A DNA stretch of 64,000 nucleotides, from the NCBI GenBank assembly GCA_018670085.1, contig JABHRS010000022.1, positions 3,992 through 67,991 of the forward strand. Direction: 5' to 3'. A program made the translations under genes and the position numbers. Each line of letters opens with the position of its first letter. Positions within the stretch are counted from its first letter, which is position 1. The DNA is from an archaeon. GTDB taxonomy: Archaea > Nanobdellota > Nanobdellia > Woesearchaeales > GW2011-AR9. Below the pieces are notes generated by a model. That model saw only the letters and a program-made list of their open reading frames with translations, was not told the DNA's origin and ran no database searches. Shown here piece after piece: positions 44,227 through 54,826 of this stretch.

Positions 44227-47200
44227 ATGGTTGGGACAAAAATTATGCCTGAAGCAGATGGTTTTGCTTCTTCAAGTAAAGATTGGTTTGGTTCTTCTAT
44301 TTTCGGATCTAAACTTTTTCAACTATCTTTATTATTTTTAGTTATTTTCTCTCTATTCTCAATATCTGTTTTAGCAGACACCGAAGGATGTTATCTTTTT
44401 ACAGGGGGATCAGAAGACTATCTCTGTCAAGATAATGTTTTAGAAAGTGATGCAGAAGCTGATTGTGATTTATATGGGGCTGATTGCGATTTCGATTCAA
44501 AATTTATTGCAGGAGCGTCCTGTTCTGATTACCCAGAAGTTTGTGAAGAAGTAACATGCTCAGTTGATTGTGATTCACACAGCATTGGAAAATGTGAAGA
44601 TCTTGGTGGAGTTGAAGTAACTGATCCTGAATATGATTTATGGTGCAGCGAAGGTTGTTGCTCAGTTGGAAGTTTTTGTGAGTACGTTGACCTTCGATAT
44701 GATTGTGTTGATCGGGCACTACAACAAGGATATACTGAAAGTGACATTTATATGGAAATTGGAGATACTGATCCAGTGTCTTGTCAGACAGATATTTGTG
44801 GGATCACATTAAGTAGTGGAACCGTTGGAGGATATATTCTAGATGGAACAACTGGACTTGCAATTAGTGGAGCCACTATTGAAATAAGCAGCTCAGTTAG
44901 TGACACAAGTTCTAGCGACGGATATTTCTTTTTTGCAGATGTCACACCTAACAGTTATGTTTTACAAGTCAGTGCATCTGGCTATTCTAGTACCAGTTCG
45001 ACTGTTTCAATTGGATCTGGAGAATCCCTTGAAGTTAATTTTAGTTTGGCTGAAGCAGGAGAAAGTTTCACCATTGGTGGAATAATTCATGATAACACAG
45101 GTTTAGAAGTATCTGATGTGAGTATTTGTTTTGAAAGTTCAGCTGGCGATGAATCATGCACAGTAAGTGATAGCGTTGGAGTTTACGGTGTTTTTGATTT
45201 ACAAGCAAGCGACTATACTATCACAATGACAAAATATGGATACTCCACTACCACTGATTCTCTTTCTGTGTCTGCGGATGCAACTCACAATTTAGTAATT
45301 AATTCAATTGATTTTCAAGGAGTCTCAGGAATAACCTTACTTGATGAAAATGGAAATGGTCTGTATGATTCCTCTACAGAAGATGTGATTTATGGCGCTT
45401 CAATTTATGTTGATGGAGTATACCAAGGTAATTCACAGTATTCAGGTGGAGACTATGAAGTTTATCTTGAGGAGGGAGATTATGTTATCCATGCAACATA
45501 TCAGGATTATGCGAGCGGAGAGTATGATATCGCAGTAACATCAGGGGTAACTGTAGATTTAGATTTATTACTTGAAAAAGAAATTGGTGAATGTAGTTAT
45601 GGTGAAGAAAATGATCAAAAAGCTGTAGAAATATTTGACGGAGTTACAAGTCAAGGAGATCCAGAGATCACACTTAGCTGGGCAAAACCATGTGCAGAAG
45701 TTAGCGGATATATTATTGAAAAAGAAGGAGAAGTATTTGGAGAATCATTTTCTCCACTTGCAATAACAACAGTTGACACAGACGTGGAATGGGGAGAAAC
45801 TTATACTTATTCAATTGTAGCAGTTTATACTGATGGGCCACTTGACGAACCAAGATTTAGTGAAAGTGCAACTGAAGTTACCGTGACTCTTGGAAGTTTT
45901 AACTGTGAAGGGCGAGAAGTTGGTGATACATTTTGTGTAGTTGGCGATACCAGCTCTGGTTCTGACGAAAGAAAATCCGTATATACCTGCAATGAAAATA
46001 ACGATATTTTAGTCAGTAGTGATTGTTCAAGTTTAGATAACGAAGATAGTAGCTTTTTTTGTAGTTCAGCATCTGACAGTTATGCGCTTTGTAAAGACGC
46101 CGGAAGTTGTAGTATATTAGGGCAAGCTGCTGAACCATTTGGCCTTTATTATTCAAGCGAGAGTTGTTATGGCGGTTTAGATAGTTCTGATGGGTATGAA
46201 TCATTTTGTTATTATGATCATGCTGAGTCTAGTATTGTTGATGCATGTTATTCATGTGAAGAAGTTACCAACTGTTTTGATTATATTGGACAGGAAAGTT
46301 GTGAGATTAATAACTGTCTTGGCGTTGGATGTAGTTGGATTGATTCAAGCAATACCAGTTTAGATTATGGAATTACCGGAAGTGAAGGATTTTTAGATTC
46401 AGGATACTTATTTCCTTCAACACTTGAAACAGGACATGGATATTGTGCTCCAGATGAGTATGGAGAAGATGAAGAAACAGGTTTTAATGATTATTGTGGA
46501 CTATGTGGGCCAGAAGCAGATTTATTTGAAAACAGCTATTGCACTGCAGATGTTTGTAGTAATTTAGGTCGATGTTTTGCAGATACTGAATTAACTGCAT
46601 GTGATACATGTGGAGATATTGCAAGTAGCGAAGCAAACTGTTATGCCTACAACTCTGAATTAGAATGTACTGGCGGAGATGCAATTTCAATTACTACAGG
46701 AACTGTAAGCGGCTCAGCAGATAGTTGTTCTTGGAATAAATGTAGTTGGCAAACGCTAAGTACTGATGATGAGTCTGGTGATAGCGCAGTTAATGGCTAT
46801 TGTTACAAAGATGGAAACGCCGACACTATTGATGATTGTTCAGAATTCAGTAGCGGAGAGTATACTGCATGTATCAAAGATGTGTATGCGCCAGTTACAA
46901 GTTTAGATGTAGAATATTTTGCTATTGTTTCAACTACCTTCTCCAATATTACATTTTTGGGAGTTGATGAAGCTAATCCAATGGGGCAATTAGGTTACTG
47001 TTTAGCAAGTAGCGAGACTAGCGATTGTACTGATTTTGAATATGTTGATTATAATGGACTGGAACCGTCTGAAGAATTAATTGTTGATATAGTTGCAAGT
47101 AGTTTTCTAGAATCAAGTGAAATTGATGGAGTCAGTTATGTTCTGAGATATTTCTCCTTGGACAAGTATCTTAACCAAGAATCAGTGCATGAAACAATTG

Positions 47201-50200
47201 TGTTTATTGATAACCATTTACCTGAATATACAGTTGAATGGGAAAGCTCAGTTGACGGCGACATATCTGAACTGATTGTTTATCTTGGTGATTTGAATGA
47301 GGCTATGAGTTGTGACTTTGGCCTTACTGAAGTGTATCCTGCTGGCGACATTTTTGAATCAAGTGTAGGGCGCGATGAAGATAAAGATGCAAGCTTCTCA
47401 GATCTTGATGGAATTATTTACAATTTAACTGTTGCTTGTCGTGATGATTATGGGAACATTGGAGAATACGATGAAGAGATTGTTTTTGATTTAGAACAAG
47501 ATATTACTTTAGTCTACCCAGAGTATGATGGAGTGGTTGCTGAAACTAGTATCGAATTTGCAATTACAACATTAGTCTCAGCTAGTTGCGAATTATACGA
47601 TGTTGAAAGTGGTGCAAAGGTAGCTGATTTTTCAAGTTTGGATGATGCTAACAAAGAACATAAAACAGAACCAGTAGGCGGATTCTATGAAGGAAATTAC
47701 GCAGGAACAGTCAAAGCTGTTTGTGTTGAGTCTTTAGATGGAGATGTTCTTGAAGATTATTTTTATTTTAAGGTAGATTTTACCGCACCAGAAACTCAAA
47801 TAGTTCTAACTGAGGGAGAGAGAACTGAAGAACCAAATGGATTTGGATGGGAAGAATATTTTGTGGAAACTGTTCAAGTCGATTTTAGTTGTGTTGAAGA
47901 TGATGGTTTTACTTGTGCGAATACATATTATTGTTTAGGGGATGGTTGTGAGTACGCAAGCGCCGGAGGGTATATTGAGTATACTGAAAGTGTAGAATTG
48001 GTTGAATCTACTGAAATTTGTTATTACTCAATTGATGAAGCAGGTTCAGTTGGATACCCTGATTGTGGAGAAATATTAATCGAAGGATTTGGAATTATTT
48101 TAGTTAGTCCAACACAATATGTATATGAGGGAGAGACTTGGGGAATAAGTAATATTGCAACATTTGATTGGGAATTAATGACAAAGATTGATACGAATGC
48201 CTGTGCATTTGATTTTAACTCTGGATTTGACATGACTGCACAACCAGAATATAAACAAATTTCGAGTAGTGATGTTGGGGATAATTATTATTTATACAGT
48301 AGTTTTCCAGGTGATGTTCTTGAATCATTTGATAAGGGTGGTAGCATAAAAACATTGTATGTTGCATGTCAAGATTATTTAGGCGAAGTTGGACCTGATC
48401 AAAAAATGAATTTAGAGTATGATCCTAGTGCACCTGAAATAAATGATGCATTCGCTGAACCTGATTCATTGAGTGAAGGAGTTGAAACTTATCTGTTTAC
48501 AACAACCGACGACAAAACTCTTTGTAAATTTAGTGATAATAGCGAAGGAAGTGGAAGTTCAGAATTTGATACAATGGAATATAGTTTTCCTGGATTTGAA
48601 CTAGATGAAGGCAAACAAGAATTATTCATTGACCATGATACTAGCTTCGGATTTAGTTTCTCCGGGGCATCAAAGGATTATTTACTAAATGTTCAATGTA
48701 TGAATGGTGCTGGCGATTTATCTGCGGTTGAAGAAATTGACTTTAGTGTTGATTATTCGATTTCAGGATATATCGCATCAACAAGCCCTAACGGATATAT
48801 TAGTGATACTGATGTGACATTAGAAGTTGTTACAAGCAAAAATGCTGAATGTAGTTATGATGAAATTGTGATGGAATCAACTGGTGGAACTACTCACACT
48901 CAATATTTAGGAGTACTCGAAGAAGGAGAATACCAATATTTGATTGTCTGTAGTATTGAAGGAAGTGATAGAGAAGGGGAAGCTGCATTTATTATTGATT
49001 TAACTGCACCAACTGTAACTGAGGTTGACGACGGAAGTTATTCTTGTAGTTTAGATACTGTATCACTCTTAGTATATTCTGATGAAGATGCAATTAGCAG
49101 TTTCTATTATGAACTATACGAAACAGGAGATGTGGTTGGGGTAGATGAAAATGATAGTACTAATGTTTCAGACCTGGATTCTTCAAGTGGAACATTAATT
49201 TCAAGCGGTTCAATGCCAGCAACAGAAGGGACAAATATTAGTGGACTTAGTTTAGTTGAAAATGGAAGCTATTATTTCTCAGTTTCAGTTACTGATGAAG
49301 CAGGAAATTCTGGCGCTGCATTATCAAGCAACGGATTTGTTGCAGTTCCAAGTGACTCAGTAAATTGTGCTAGTGATGAAGTAGCCCCAGAAATAACAAT
49401 TAGTACTGAAGGTAGTTGTTCTGGAGAAGCTGCAACTATAACTTGTTCTGATGACCTTGGTTGTAGTAGTGTATTGTATGGTTTTGCAAGTGATTCAAGT
49501 TCATGTGTAGCGGATTCAACTTACTATGGTTCTGCAATTAATTTTGAAAGTTCTGGATGGGTGTGTTATATCGCTGAAGATGTGAACGGAAACAATTTAA
49601 CTGGTTCAGTAAAAGTAACTGTTACTGATGATGATGGAGATGGAGTTTTAAACAGTTGTGACGTTTGTAGTTCTACAACTGCGGGTTCTGCGGTTGATTT
49701 GGATGGTTGCGGTTATGGACAAGACCCTGACACTGATGATGGGGATACAACTGACACTGACAATGATGGACTTCCAGATAGTTGGGAAAATTTGTATGAT
49801 GAAATAAGTTGCCCACTAAATTATGCAAATAGTGATAGTGATTCTGATGGTGTGTTAGATACTAATGAAGATTATGATGATGATGGTTATACTAATTATG
49901 AAGAATACCGAGCAGGGTATGATCCTTGCGTGTTTGATGGGAGAACCGTAGATCCAGGTACTGATCCAGATCCAATAATAGATGATGACCCAATTGATCC
50001 AAATGAAGAAAAATCACTTTTAGGATTGGTGTTTTTGTTAGCTGGTTTATTACTAATATCAGGTGGAGCTGGTGGATTGTATTATGCTTATGCTAAAGAC
50101 CCTAACGGGAAAGCTGCAGTTGCACAATTTTTTGGTGCAGGAGTTGGATCTCTTGGTGGACAAATAGCCACTACCAATGGATATAGGAGACCTACTAGAA

Positions 50201-50628
50201 GTAGAAGAAGTTCTAGGCAAATTAATACTGGTGAACTGCAAGGGCAACCAGCTAAAAATTCTTGGATGCAAAATTTGAGAAGTAGCGTTGCTGGGCTTGG
50301 AAGAGCGAAACAAAAAAAATCAAGGAGAAAAGAACGAAGTGGAATCTTTGCTGGATTTAGTTCAAGAACTCAGGGATTTCCTCATTTTGATGATGTACTC
50401 GGATCCCGTAAAAAACCAATGGCAAAATTAGGAGATTTAACTTCAAGGTATGCTGAACATAAAGAAACTGTGAATAAAGGATTAAAATCACACGAGAAAG
50501 ATCTGTTCGCCAAGTTAGATACTATCACTGAGCGAGCAAAAACACATCCTTTAACTGAAGTGTCTTCACCTAAAGAAGCAAAAGATATTTTCAAAAAATT
50601 AAAAGAATTAAGTGATAAGAGGAAGTGA
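44227..50628 (+). CDS. giant (~2130 aa) Cys-rich acidic surface protein with C-terminal TM anchor and basic cytoplasmic tail
   Basis: Signal peptide LFQLSLLFLVIFSLFSISVLA-DTEG. Three carboxypeptidase-regulatory-like beta-sandwich repeats (~44812-45580), an FN3-like module (~45660-45840), then long Cys/Asp/Glu/Ser-rich regions. Thrombospondin-type-3-like Ca-binding repeats (DDDGDGVLNSCD, DTDNDGLPDSWE, DSDSDGVLDTNEDYDDDGYTNYEEY; ~49615-49930). TM LLGLVFLLAGLLLISGGAGGLYYAY (~50014-50094) and a ~175-aa Lys/Arg-rich tail. Confidence 0.85.
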   Translation: MVGTKIMPEADGFASSSKDWFGSSIFGSKLFQLSLLFLVIFSLFSISVLADTEGCYLFTGGSEDYLCQDNVLESDAEADCDLYGADCDFDSKFIAGASCSDYPEVCEEVTCSVDCDSHSIGKCEDLGGVEVTDPEYDLWCSEGCCSVGSFCEYVDLRYDCVDRALQQGYTESDIYMEIGDTDPVSCQTDICGITLSSGTVGGYILDGTTGLAISGATIEISSSVSDTSSSDGYFFFADVTPNSYVLQVSASGYSSTSSTVSIGSGESLEVNFSLAEAGESFTIGGIIHDNTGLEVSDVSICFESSAGDESCTVSDSVGVYGVFDLQASDYTITMTKYGYSTTTDSLSVSADATHNLVINSIDFQGVSGITLLDENGNGLYDSSTEDVIYGASIYVDGVYQGNSQYSGGDYEVYLEEGDYVIHATYQDYASGEYDIAVTSGVTVDLDLLLEKEIGECSYGEENDQKAVEIFDGVTSQGDPEITLSWAKPCAEVSGYIIEKEGEVFGESFSPLAITTVDTDVEWGETYTYSIVAVYTDGPLDEPRFSESATEVTVTLGSFNCEGREVGDTFCVVGDTSSGSDERKSVYTCNENNDILVSSDCSSLDNEDSSFFCSSASDSYALCKDAGSCSILGQAAEPFGLYYSSESCYGGLDSSDGYESFCYYDHAESSIVDACYSCEEVTNCFDYIGQESCEINNCLGVGCSWIDSSNTSLDYGITGSEGFLDSGYLFPSTLETGHGYCAPDEYGEDEETGFNDYCGLCGPEADLFENSYCTADVCSNLGRCFADTELTACDTCGDIASSEANCYAYNSELECTGGDAISITTGTVSGSADSCSWNKCSWQTLSTDDESGDSAVNGYCYKDGNADTIDDCSEFSSGEYTACIKDVYAPVTSLDVEYFAIVSTTFSNITFLGVDEANPMGQLGYCLASSETSDCTDFEYVDYNGLEPSEELIVDIVASSFLESSEIDGVSYVLRYFSLDKYLNQESVHETIVFIDNHLPEYTVEWESSVDGDISELIVYLGDLNEAMSCDFGLTEVYPAGDIFESSVGRDEDKDASFSDLDGIIYNLTVACRDDYGNIGEYDEEIVFDLEQDITLVYPEYDGVVAETSIEFAITTLVSASCELYDVESGAKVADFSSLDDANKEHKTEPVGGFYEGNYAGTVKAVCVESLDGDVLEDYFYFKVDFTAPETQIVLTEGERTEEPNGFGWEEYFVETVQVDFSCVEDDGFTCANTYYCLGDGCEYASAGGYIEYTESVELVESTEICYYSIDEAGSVGYPDCGEILIEGFGIILVSPTQYVYEGETWGISNIATFDWELMTKIDTNACAFDFNSGFDMTAQPEYKQISSSDVGDNYYLYSSFPGDVLESFDKGGSIKTLYVACQDYLGEVGPDQKMNLEYDPSAPEINDAFAEPDSLSEGVETYLFTTTDDKTLCKFSDNSEGSGSSEFDTMEYSFPGFELDEGKQELFIDHDTSFGFSFSGASKDYLLNVQCMNGAGDLSAVEEIDFSVDYSISGYIASTSPNGYISDTDVTLEVVTSKNAECSYDEIVMESTGGTTHTQYLGVLEEGEYQYLIVCSIEGSDREGEAAFIIDLTAPTVTEVDDGSYSCSLDTVSLLVYSDEDAISSFYYELYETGDVVGVDENDSTNVSDLDSSSGTLISSGSMPATEGTNISGLSLVENGSYYFSVSVTDEAGNSGAALSSNGFVAVPSDSVNCASDEVAPEITISTEGSCSGEAATITCSDDLGCSSVLYGFASDSSSCVADSTYYGSAINFESSGWVCYIAEDVNGNNLTGSVKVTVTDDDGDGVLNSCDVCSSTTAGSAVDLDGCGYGQDPDTDDGDTTDTDNDGLPDSWENLYDEISCPLNYANSDSDSDGVLDTNEDYDDDGYTNYEEYRAGYDPCVFDGRTVDPGTDPDPIIDDDPIDPNEEKSLLGLVFLLAGLLLISGGAGGLYYAYAKDPNGKAAVAQFFGAGVGSLGGQIATTNGYRRPTRSRRSSRQINTGELQGQPAKNSWMQNLRSSVAGLGRAKQKKSRRKERSGIFAGFSSRTQGFPHFDDVLGSRKKPMAKLGDLTSRYAEHKETVNKGLKSHEKDLFAKLDTITERAKTHPLTEVSSPKEAKDIFKKLKELSDKRK

Positions 50629-50630
50629 GG

Positions 50631-51194
50631 ATGGGATCACGAAAAAAAGCAGTGAAAAAACAAGGTTTTTTGAGCATTTTTCCAAAAGGGAAAAAGGGGA
50701 TGGGTATTGGTCAAGTATTTGCATTTATCGTTGCAGGACTCACTTTCGCATTTGTTTTAATTTTTGGATATGGAGCAATAGCTGATTTTTTAGATAAAGG
50801 GGAAACTGTTGAATTTTTACAGTTTAAAAATGAACTTGAAAGTAGCATTAAACAAATTGCCTCAGAATATGGGTCAGTTAGACAAACAACATTTTATCTT
50901 CCAGGAAATTATGAAGAAGTGTGTTTTATTGATTTGGATGAGCCCTACGATTCTTCGAGCGAGCTTTGTAGTCAGAACATTATTGCGTGTGATGTTTGGG
51001 AAACAGCATCTGAAGAAGGTGGATACACTGCAGCTGATGAAAATGTTTTTCTGGAACCTGCAGCACCGGTTGCAATTAAAGTTTATACTATTGATTTAGA
51101 TGAAGAATACCTCTGTGTCCCAGTTCAAGGGGGAAGATTCACTTTGAGGTTAGAAGGAAAAGGTTCAAGAACATATGTTACTGAGGGGTCTTAA
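50631..51194 (+). CDS. class III signal peptide (type IV pilin-like) protein
   Basis: The ATG at 50631 is preceded by GTGAGG and overlaps the giant gene stop region. N-terminus KKQGFLSIFPKGKKG-MGIGQVFAFIVAGLTFAFVLIFGYG. Confidence 0.6.
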   Translation: MGSRKKAVKKQGFLSIFPKGKKGMGIGQVFAFIVAGLTFAFVLIFGYGAIADFLDKGETVEFLQFKNELESSIKQIASEYGSVRQTTFYLPGNYEEVCFIDLDEPYDSSSELCSQNIIACDVWETASEEGGYTAADENVFLEPAAPVAIKVYTIDLDEEYLCVPVQGGRFTLRLEGKGSRTYVTEGS

Positions 51195-51285
51195 TTTTTT
51201 TAGGATAAACGATGACGAAGCATAGTTAATTATTAATTTTTGAATGTATTATTTTTAATTTAATAATTTTGATTTAAAAAAGAAG

Positions 51286-52419
51286 ATGGCAAATAAAAGA
51301 GGACAGTTAACACTTAGTTTTAATTGGATATTCGTTTTAATTGCAGGAACAATGATTTTACTATTTTTTGTTGGAATTATTATGAAACAAAAAACTGTAT
51401 CAGAACAAAAATTAAATTTTGATGTGGTAACAGTAATGGATTCAATATTAACAGGATCAACTGTTTCCGAACAAACCATAAATTTTGTTGATATCAGTGG
51501 CCTTTCAGGATTTGAATTATTTTTTGATTGCGAGCTTGACGATGGGGGCGGGTATGAAGATATATTTGCGCAATATGGAATCACAGGCACAACTGCAAGT
51601 AGCGAATTACCAATGCAAGTTTTATTCGCACCCAAAACAATGGAAGGAAATGAAATGATCACATGGAGTTTACCTTACAAAATGCCGTTCAAAGTAATGG
51701 ACTTATTAATGGTAACTTCAACTTCAATCAAATATTATGTAATTGGAGGAAAAGGTTCGGACTTTAGGCACGATTTGGAAAATGCAACCAGTGGGTTTAC
51801 AATAGAATTTATCTCCGATATTTCTGAAATTTCTGCAGTTGGAAACTTGTTCCATGTGAGGGTGATTGATTTAGATGGATCCACTTTAGTTGATGGCGCA
51901 GGAGTTCCAGAGGAATTAGCTAACGCAGGAGTTGGGGTTGTAACTGGAGTTTTAGTCGGATCAACACTTGGGCAAGTAGATTATTTTACAGCTAGCGGCG
52001 ATAAATGGAATAGACTAACTGGTGCTGGATCAGTTCCGATAATTGCAACAGGCCTCTTTGAAAAAGAAGCTTCTCTTTATGGTGCATTATTTGCAGCAGA
52101 CGATGAAGTGTATAAATGCAATATGATGAAGGCATTTAAGAGATATTCAATTTTAGTAGAAATATATCAAAATAAGCTTGATTCGCTCAGCGCGTATCAT
52201 GCATTGGATGGGCCTGGTGCTTCCAAAACATCTTGTAAGGGATTTTTATCGGATACAACTGGGAATAATATGGAAGACACTTTGAGCTCATTATCTGGAG
52301 AATTAAGCACTTGTATCGAACATGGATATGATGACTGTTTGCAAGTAGAACCACTTGCAAATCAACTGCATGAATTAAATGCTAACTTAAGAGCAGACAC
52401 TTGCGAGAGGTTGTATTAG
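51286..52419 (+). CDS. class III signal peptide (type IV pilin-like) protein, 377 aa
   Basis: MANKRG-QLTLSFNWIFVLIAGTMILLFFVG, then a large globular domain with a C-terminal Cys cluster. Confidence 0.7.
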   Translation: MANKRGQLTLSFNWIFVLIAGTMILLFFVGIIMKQKTVSEQKLNFDVVTVMDSILTGSTVSEQTINFVDISGLSGFELFFDCELDDGGGYEDIFAQYGITGTTASSELPMQVLFAPKTMEGNEMITWSLPYKMPFKVMDLLMVTSTSIKYYVIGGKGSDFRHDLENATSGFTIEFISDISEISAVGNLFHVRVIDLDGSTLVDGAGVPEELANAGVGVVTGVLVGSTLGQVDYFTASGDKWNRLTGAGSVPIIATGLFEKEASLYGALFAADDEVYKCNMMKAFKRYSILVEIYQNKLDSLSAYHALDGPGASKTSCKGFLSDTTGNNMEDTLSSLSGELSTCIEHGYDDCLQVEPLANQLHELNANLRADTCERLY

Positions 52420-52459
52420 TTGTGTGTGGTGTATGTATTAAAATTAATAGGTAATAATA

Positions 52460-53026
52460 ATGAAAAAGATGAATAAAAAAGCACAAATGCAAATGCTGGA
52501 AACCATTGGGGTAATTTTCATTTTTTTCGTATTAATCCTGTTTGGATCAATTTTTTATTTTAAATTTCAAGAGATAAGTTTTCAGAATAAACAAGAAGAG
52601 TTACTTGCGCAATCTGCTATGGACACTACATTAGTAACATTATTTCTCCCAGAAATTCAATGTAGTAGAGGAGATTCTGAAGCCGAAGATAACTGTATTG
52701 ATTTAGGGAAAGTTAGGGCACTGCAACAAGTGCTGAAGGAAAATCCCAAATATTTGACGGATTATTATTTTAACCTTTTCAGTTATGCAAATATATCTGT
52801 GACAATGGTGCATCCTGTTGAACATTCATGGACAATTTATGAATTTGAAAAAGTAGGAGTTTACGATAATGGGTCTGAGTATTCTGCTTGGGATAGGAAG
52901 GAAGCCACATATTTTGTGGTTACTCTTCGCGATGAGTTGAAAGGAATAGGAGAAAATAATGAGGAATTTTACAATAAAGAAATTGTATACGGGTTTGGTT
53001 ATCTGACAGTTGAGGTGTTTAGTTAA
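52460..53026 (+). CDS. class III signal peptide (type IV pilin-like) protein
   Basis: MKKMNKKA-QMQMLETIGVIFIFFVLILFG (Glu at +7). The stop overlaps the next start (TAATG). Confidence 0.7.
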   Translation: MKKMNKKAQMQMLETIGVIFIFFVLILFGSIFYFKFQEISFQNKQEELLAQSAMDTTLVTLFLPEIQCSRGDSEAEDNCIDLGKVRALQQVLKENPKYLTDYYFNLFSYANISVTMVHPVEHSWTIYEFEKVGVYDNGSEYSAWDRKEATYFVVTLRDELKGIGENNEEFYNKEIVYGFGYLTVEVFS

Positions 53027-53604
53027 TGTTAACTTACAAAACAAAGCTGATTTTCGGGTATAAAATTTCTAAAAAAGCACAAGCAGAAATGATTGGTCTT
53101 GTAGTGATTGTGATCATGATAACCCTTGGAATGCTGTTTTTAGCAAAGTTTGCACTTCAAGAGGAACCAGCTAAAAAAATTTTTACTCGCAAAGGGCTTG
53201 CATATAGCACAATGAGTGCAGTAATGAAAACTGAACTTGAATGTATAGAACCATTTGATGTGGATACTCAAGAATTAGAAGTACAAGATATATTACTTGA
53301 AGATTGTGCCAAATACAAAAAACCAAACTCTGGTGGGAGTAGTGATTATCCTTGTAATGGGTATTCGAATAGTTGTGATTTTTTGGAAGCAGAGCTTACT
53401 GAGCTTTTGAGCAAAACATTAGGTGTTTGGCAAAAAGATTATGTCTTTTCTTCAATTATTGTTGATGGCACTACAGAAAAAGAATTAGTTTTAGTTGACA
53501 GTGGTGGGTGTGGATATTCATCTGAGAGAGATAGCAGTGGATTATTTCCAATATATGTTAGTGACGTTGGCTTAGTTGAAAGTGTTTTATATATCTGCGA
53601 GTAA
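53026..53604 (+). CDS. class III signal peptide (type IV pilin-like) protein
   Basis: ...ISKKA-QAEMIGLVVIVIMITLGMLFLA (Glu at +3). Confidence 0.7.
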   Translation: MLTYKTKLIFGYKISKKAQAEMIGLVVIVIMITLGMLFLAKFALQEEPAKKIFTRKGLAYSTMSAVMKTELECIEPFDVDTQELEVQDILLEDCAKYKKPNSGGSSDYPCNGYSNSCDFLEAELTELLSKTLGVWQKDYVFSSIIVDGTTEKELVLVDSGGCGYSSERDSSGLFPIYVSDVGLVESVLYICE

Positions 53605-53735
53605 AAATAGATTATTTTTTTCTTCTCTTCCCCGTAACGTTTATATACGTTAAAGCATTGTTTCTCTTGTATATTTGTATTAACAAAAGTATAAATTATA
53701 ATCTAATATTTGATATTAAATCTGAGGTGGAATAA

Positions 53736-54155
53736 ATGGATCTTATAAAAAAAATATTAAACTCAAAAAAAAGTCTAAACAGCTCTTTGGTGCCAGCTGA
53801 TAAAAAGGGACAAGGGCTTTCTTTAACAGTAATAATTGTAGCAGCACTTGCATTAATTGTACTAGTTGTGTTAGTATTGATCTTCACTGGAAGAATGGCA
53901 ATTTTTACTGACGGCCTTGGAGAATCAGGCGCAGCTGAACTTACAAAATACAAAATCACTTATGGTGATTGTCATCCAACTAGTACTCAAGAAACAGTTT
54001 TCTTGAGTGATATGAAACAAGCTGCAAATGATAAATCAAACACTGCAGAATTAGAAATCTCCGCACAAGAAGATTTTGAAGATGTGATTGATGATTGCCG
54101 TGCAGCAGGTCTCGATGAGAATTCATGTGAGTTTGCAGGTTGTGATTGGAATTAA
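53736..54155 (+). CDS. class III signal peptide (type IV pilin-like) protein, small, Cys-containing
   Basis: ...ADKKG-QGLSLTVIIVAALALIVLVVLVLIF. The ectodomain has 4 Cys (GDCHP...DDCRAAG...NSCEFAGCDWN). Confidence 0.7.
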   Translation: MDLIKKILNSKKSLNSSLVPADKKGQGLSLTVIIVAALALIVLVVLVLIFTGRMAIFTDGLGESGAAELTKYKITYGDCHPTSTQETVFLSDMKQAANDKSNTAELEISAQEDFEDVIDDCRAAGLDENSCEFAGCDWN

Positions 54156-54212
54156 TTTATTTTTTTAATCATTTTTTAATTATTTTTTCAATTTTGAATT
54201 ATAGAGGATACA

Positions 54213-54494
54213 ATGAATATTAGAAAAATTAGTCGTAAGGGGCAGTCAAACATGTTTTGGATTATTATCGGAGCTGTGATTGCACTCGTTGTAATGATCG
54301 TATTACTATTACTTTTTACAAGTAAAACCAAAATCCTTGAAGGAGGAGTTTCTGGATGCGAAGGAAAAAGTGGAGAATGCGTTGATCCAGATATTGGATG
54401 TGGCTCTGGAACACTAGAAGCCCCATTTGAGTGCAGTAATCCATCATATACATGTTGTTTAGGATTTGGTAATGACGACGATAGTTTATCATAA
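54213..54494 (+). CDS. mini pilin-like protein, Cys-rich (93 aa)
   Basis: MNIRKISRKG-QSNMFWIIIGAVIALVVMIVLLLLF. The ectodomain has 7 Cys in ~45 aa. Confidence 0.7.
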   Translation: MNIRKISRKGQSNMFWIIIGAVIALVVMIVLLLLFTSKTKILEGGVSGCEGKSGECVDPDIGCGSGTLEAPFECSNPSYTCCLGFGNDDDSLS

Positions 54495-54508
54495 TTGTAG
54501 GTTTGAAT

Positions 54509-54628
54509 ATGTCAAAGAAAGGAGTCAGTAATGCAACCATGGCACTTATAGTCTCAATACTATTGTTATTGATTATTTTTGGCTTTTTTATGTTGAAGTT
54601 AAAGGGAATTGGATCAACGTTTGGTTGA
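54509..54628 (+). CDS. 39-aa pilin-like micro-ORF (not in ORF track)
   Basis: Hand translation: MSKKG-VSNATMALIVSILLLLIIFGFFMLKLKGIGSTFG-stop. Same KKG plus hydrophobic helix design; 14 nt after the previous stop. Confidence 0.45.
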   Translation: MSKKGVSNATMALIVSILLLLIIFGFFMLKLKGIGSTFG

Positions 54629-54664
54629 TTTTATTTATATTGATTATTTTGGTGAATGGTAAGG

Positions 54665-54826
54665 ATGGATAAAATGAGATTATTTTCTGGACGCAAAGGT
54701 GCTGAGATGTGGCAGCTGGTTTTGATTATTATTAGTATTATCATATTAATATTTTTGATGATTTTTTATGGACAAGTCGATGATAAAATTGGTGGCGTAT
54801 TTGAAAAATTCTTTGGGTGGCTATAA
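54665..54826 (+). CDS. 53-aa pilin-like micro-ORF (not in ORF track)
   Basis: Hand translation: MDKMRLFSGRKG-AEMWQLVLIIISIIILIFLMIFYGQVDDKIGGVFEKFFGWL-stop. The stop lies 3 nt before the next ATG. Confidence 0.45.
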   Translation: MDKMRLFSGRKGAEMWQLVLIIISIIILIFLMIFYGQVDDKIGGVFEKFFGWL

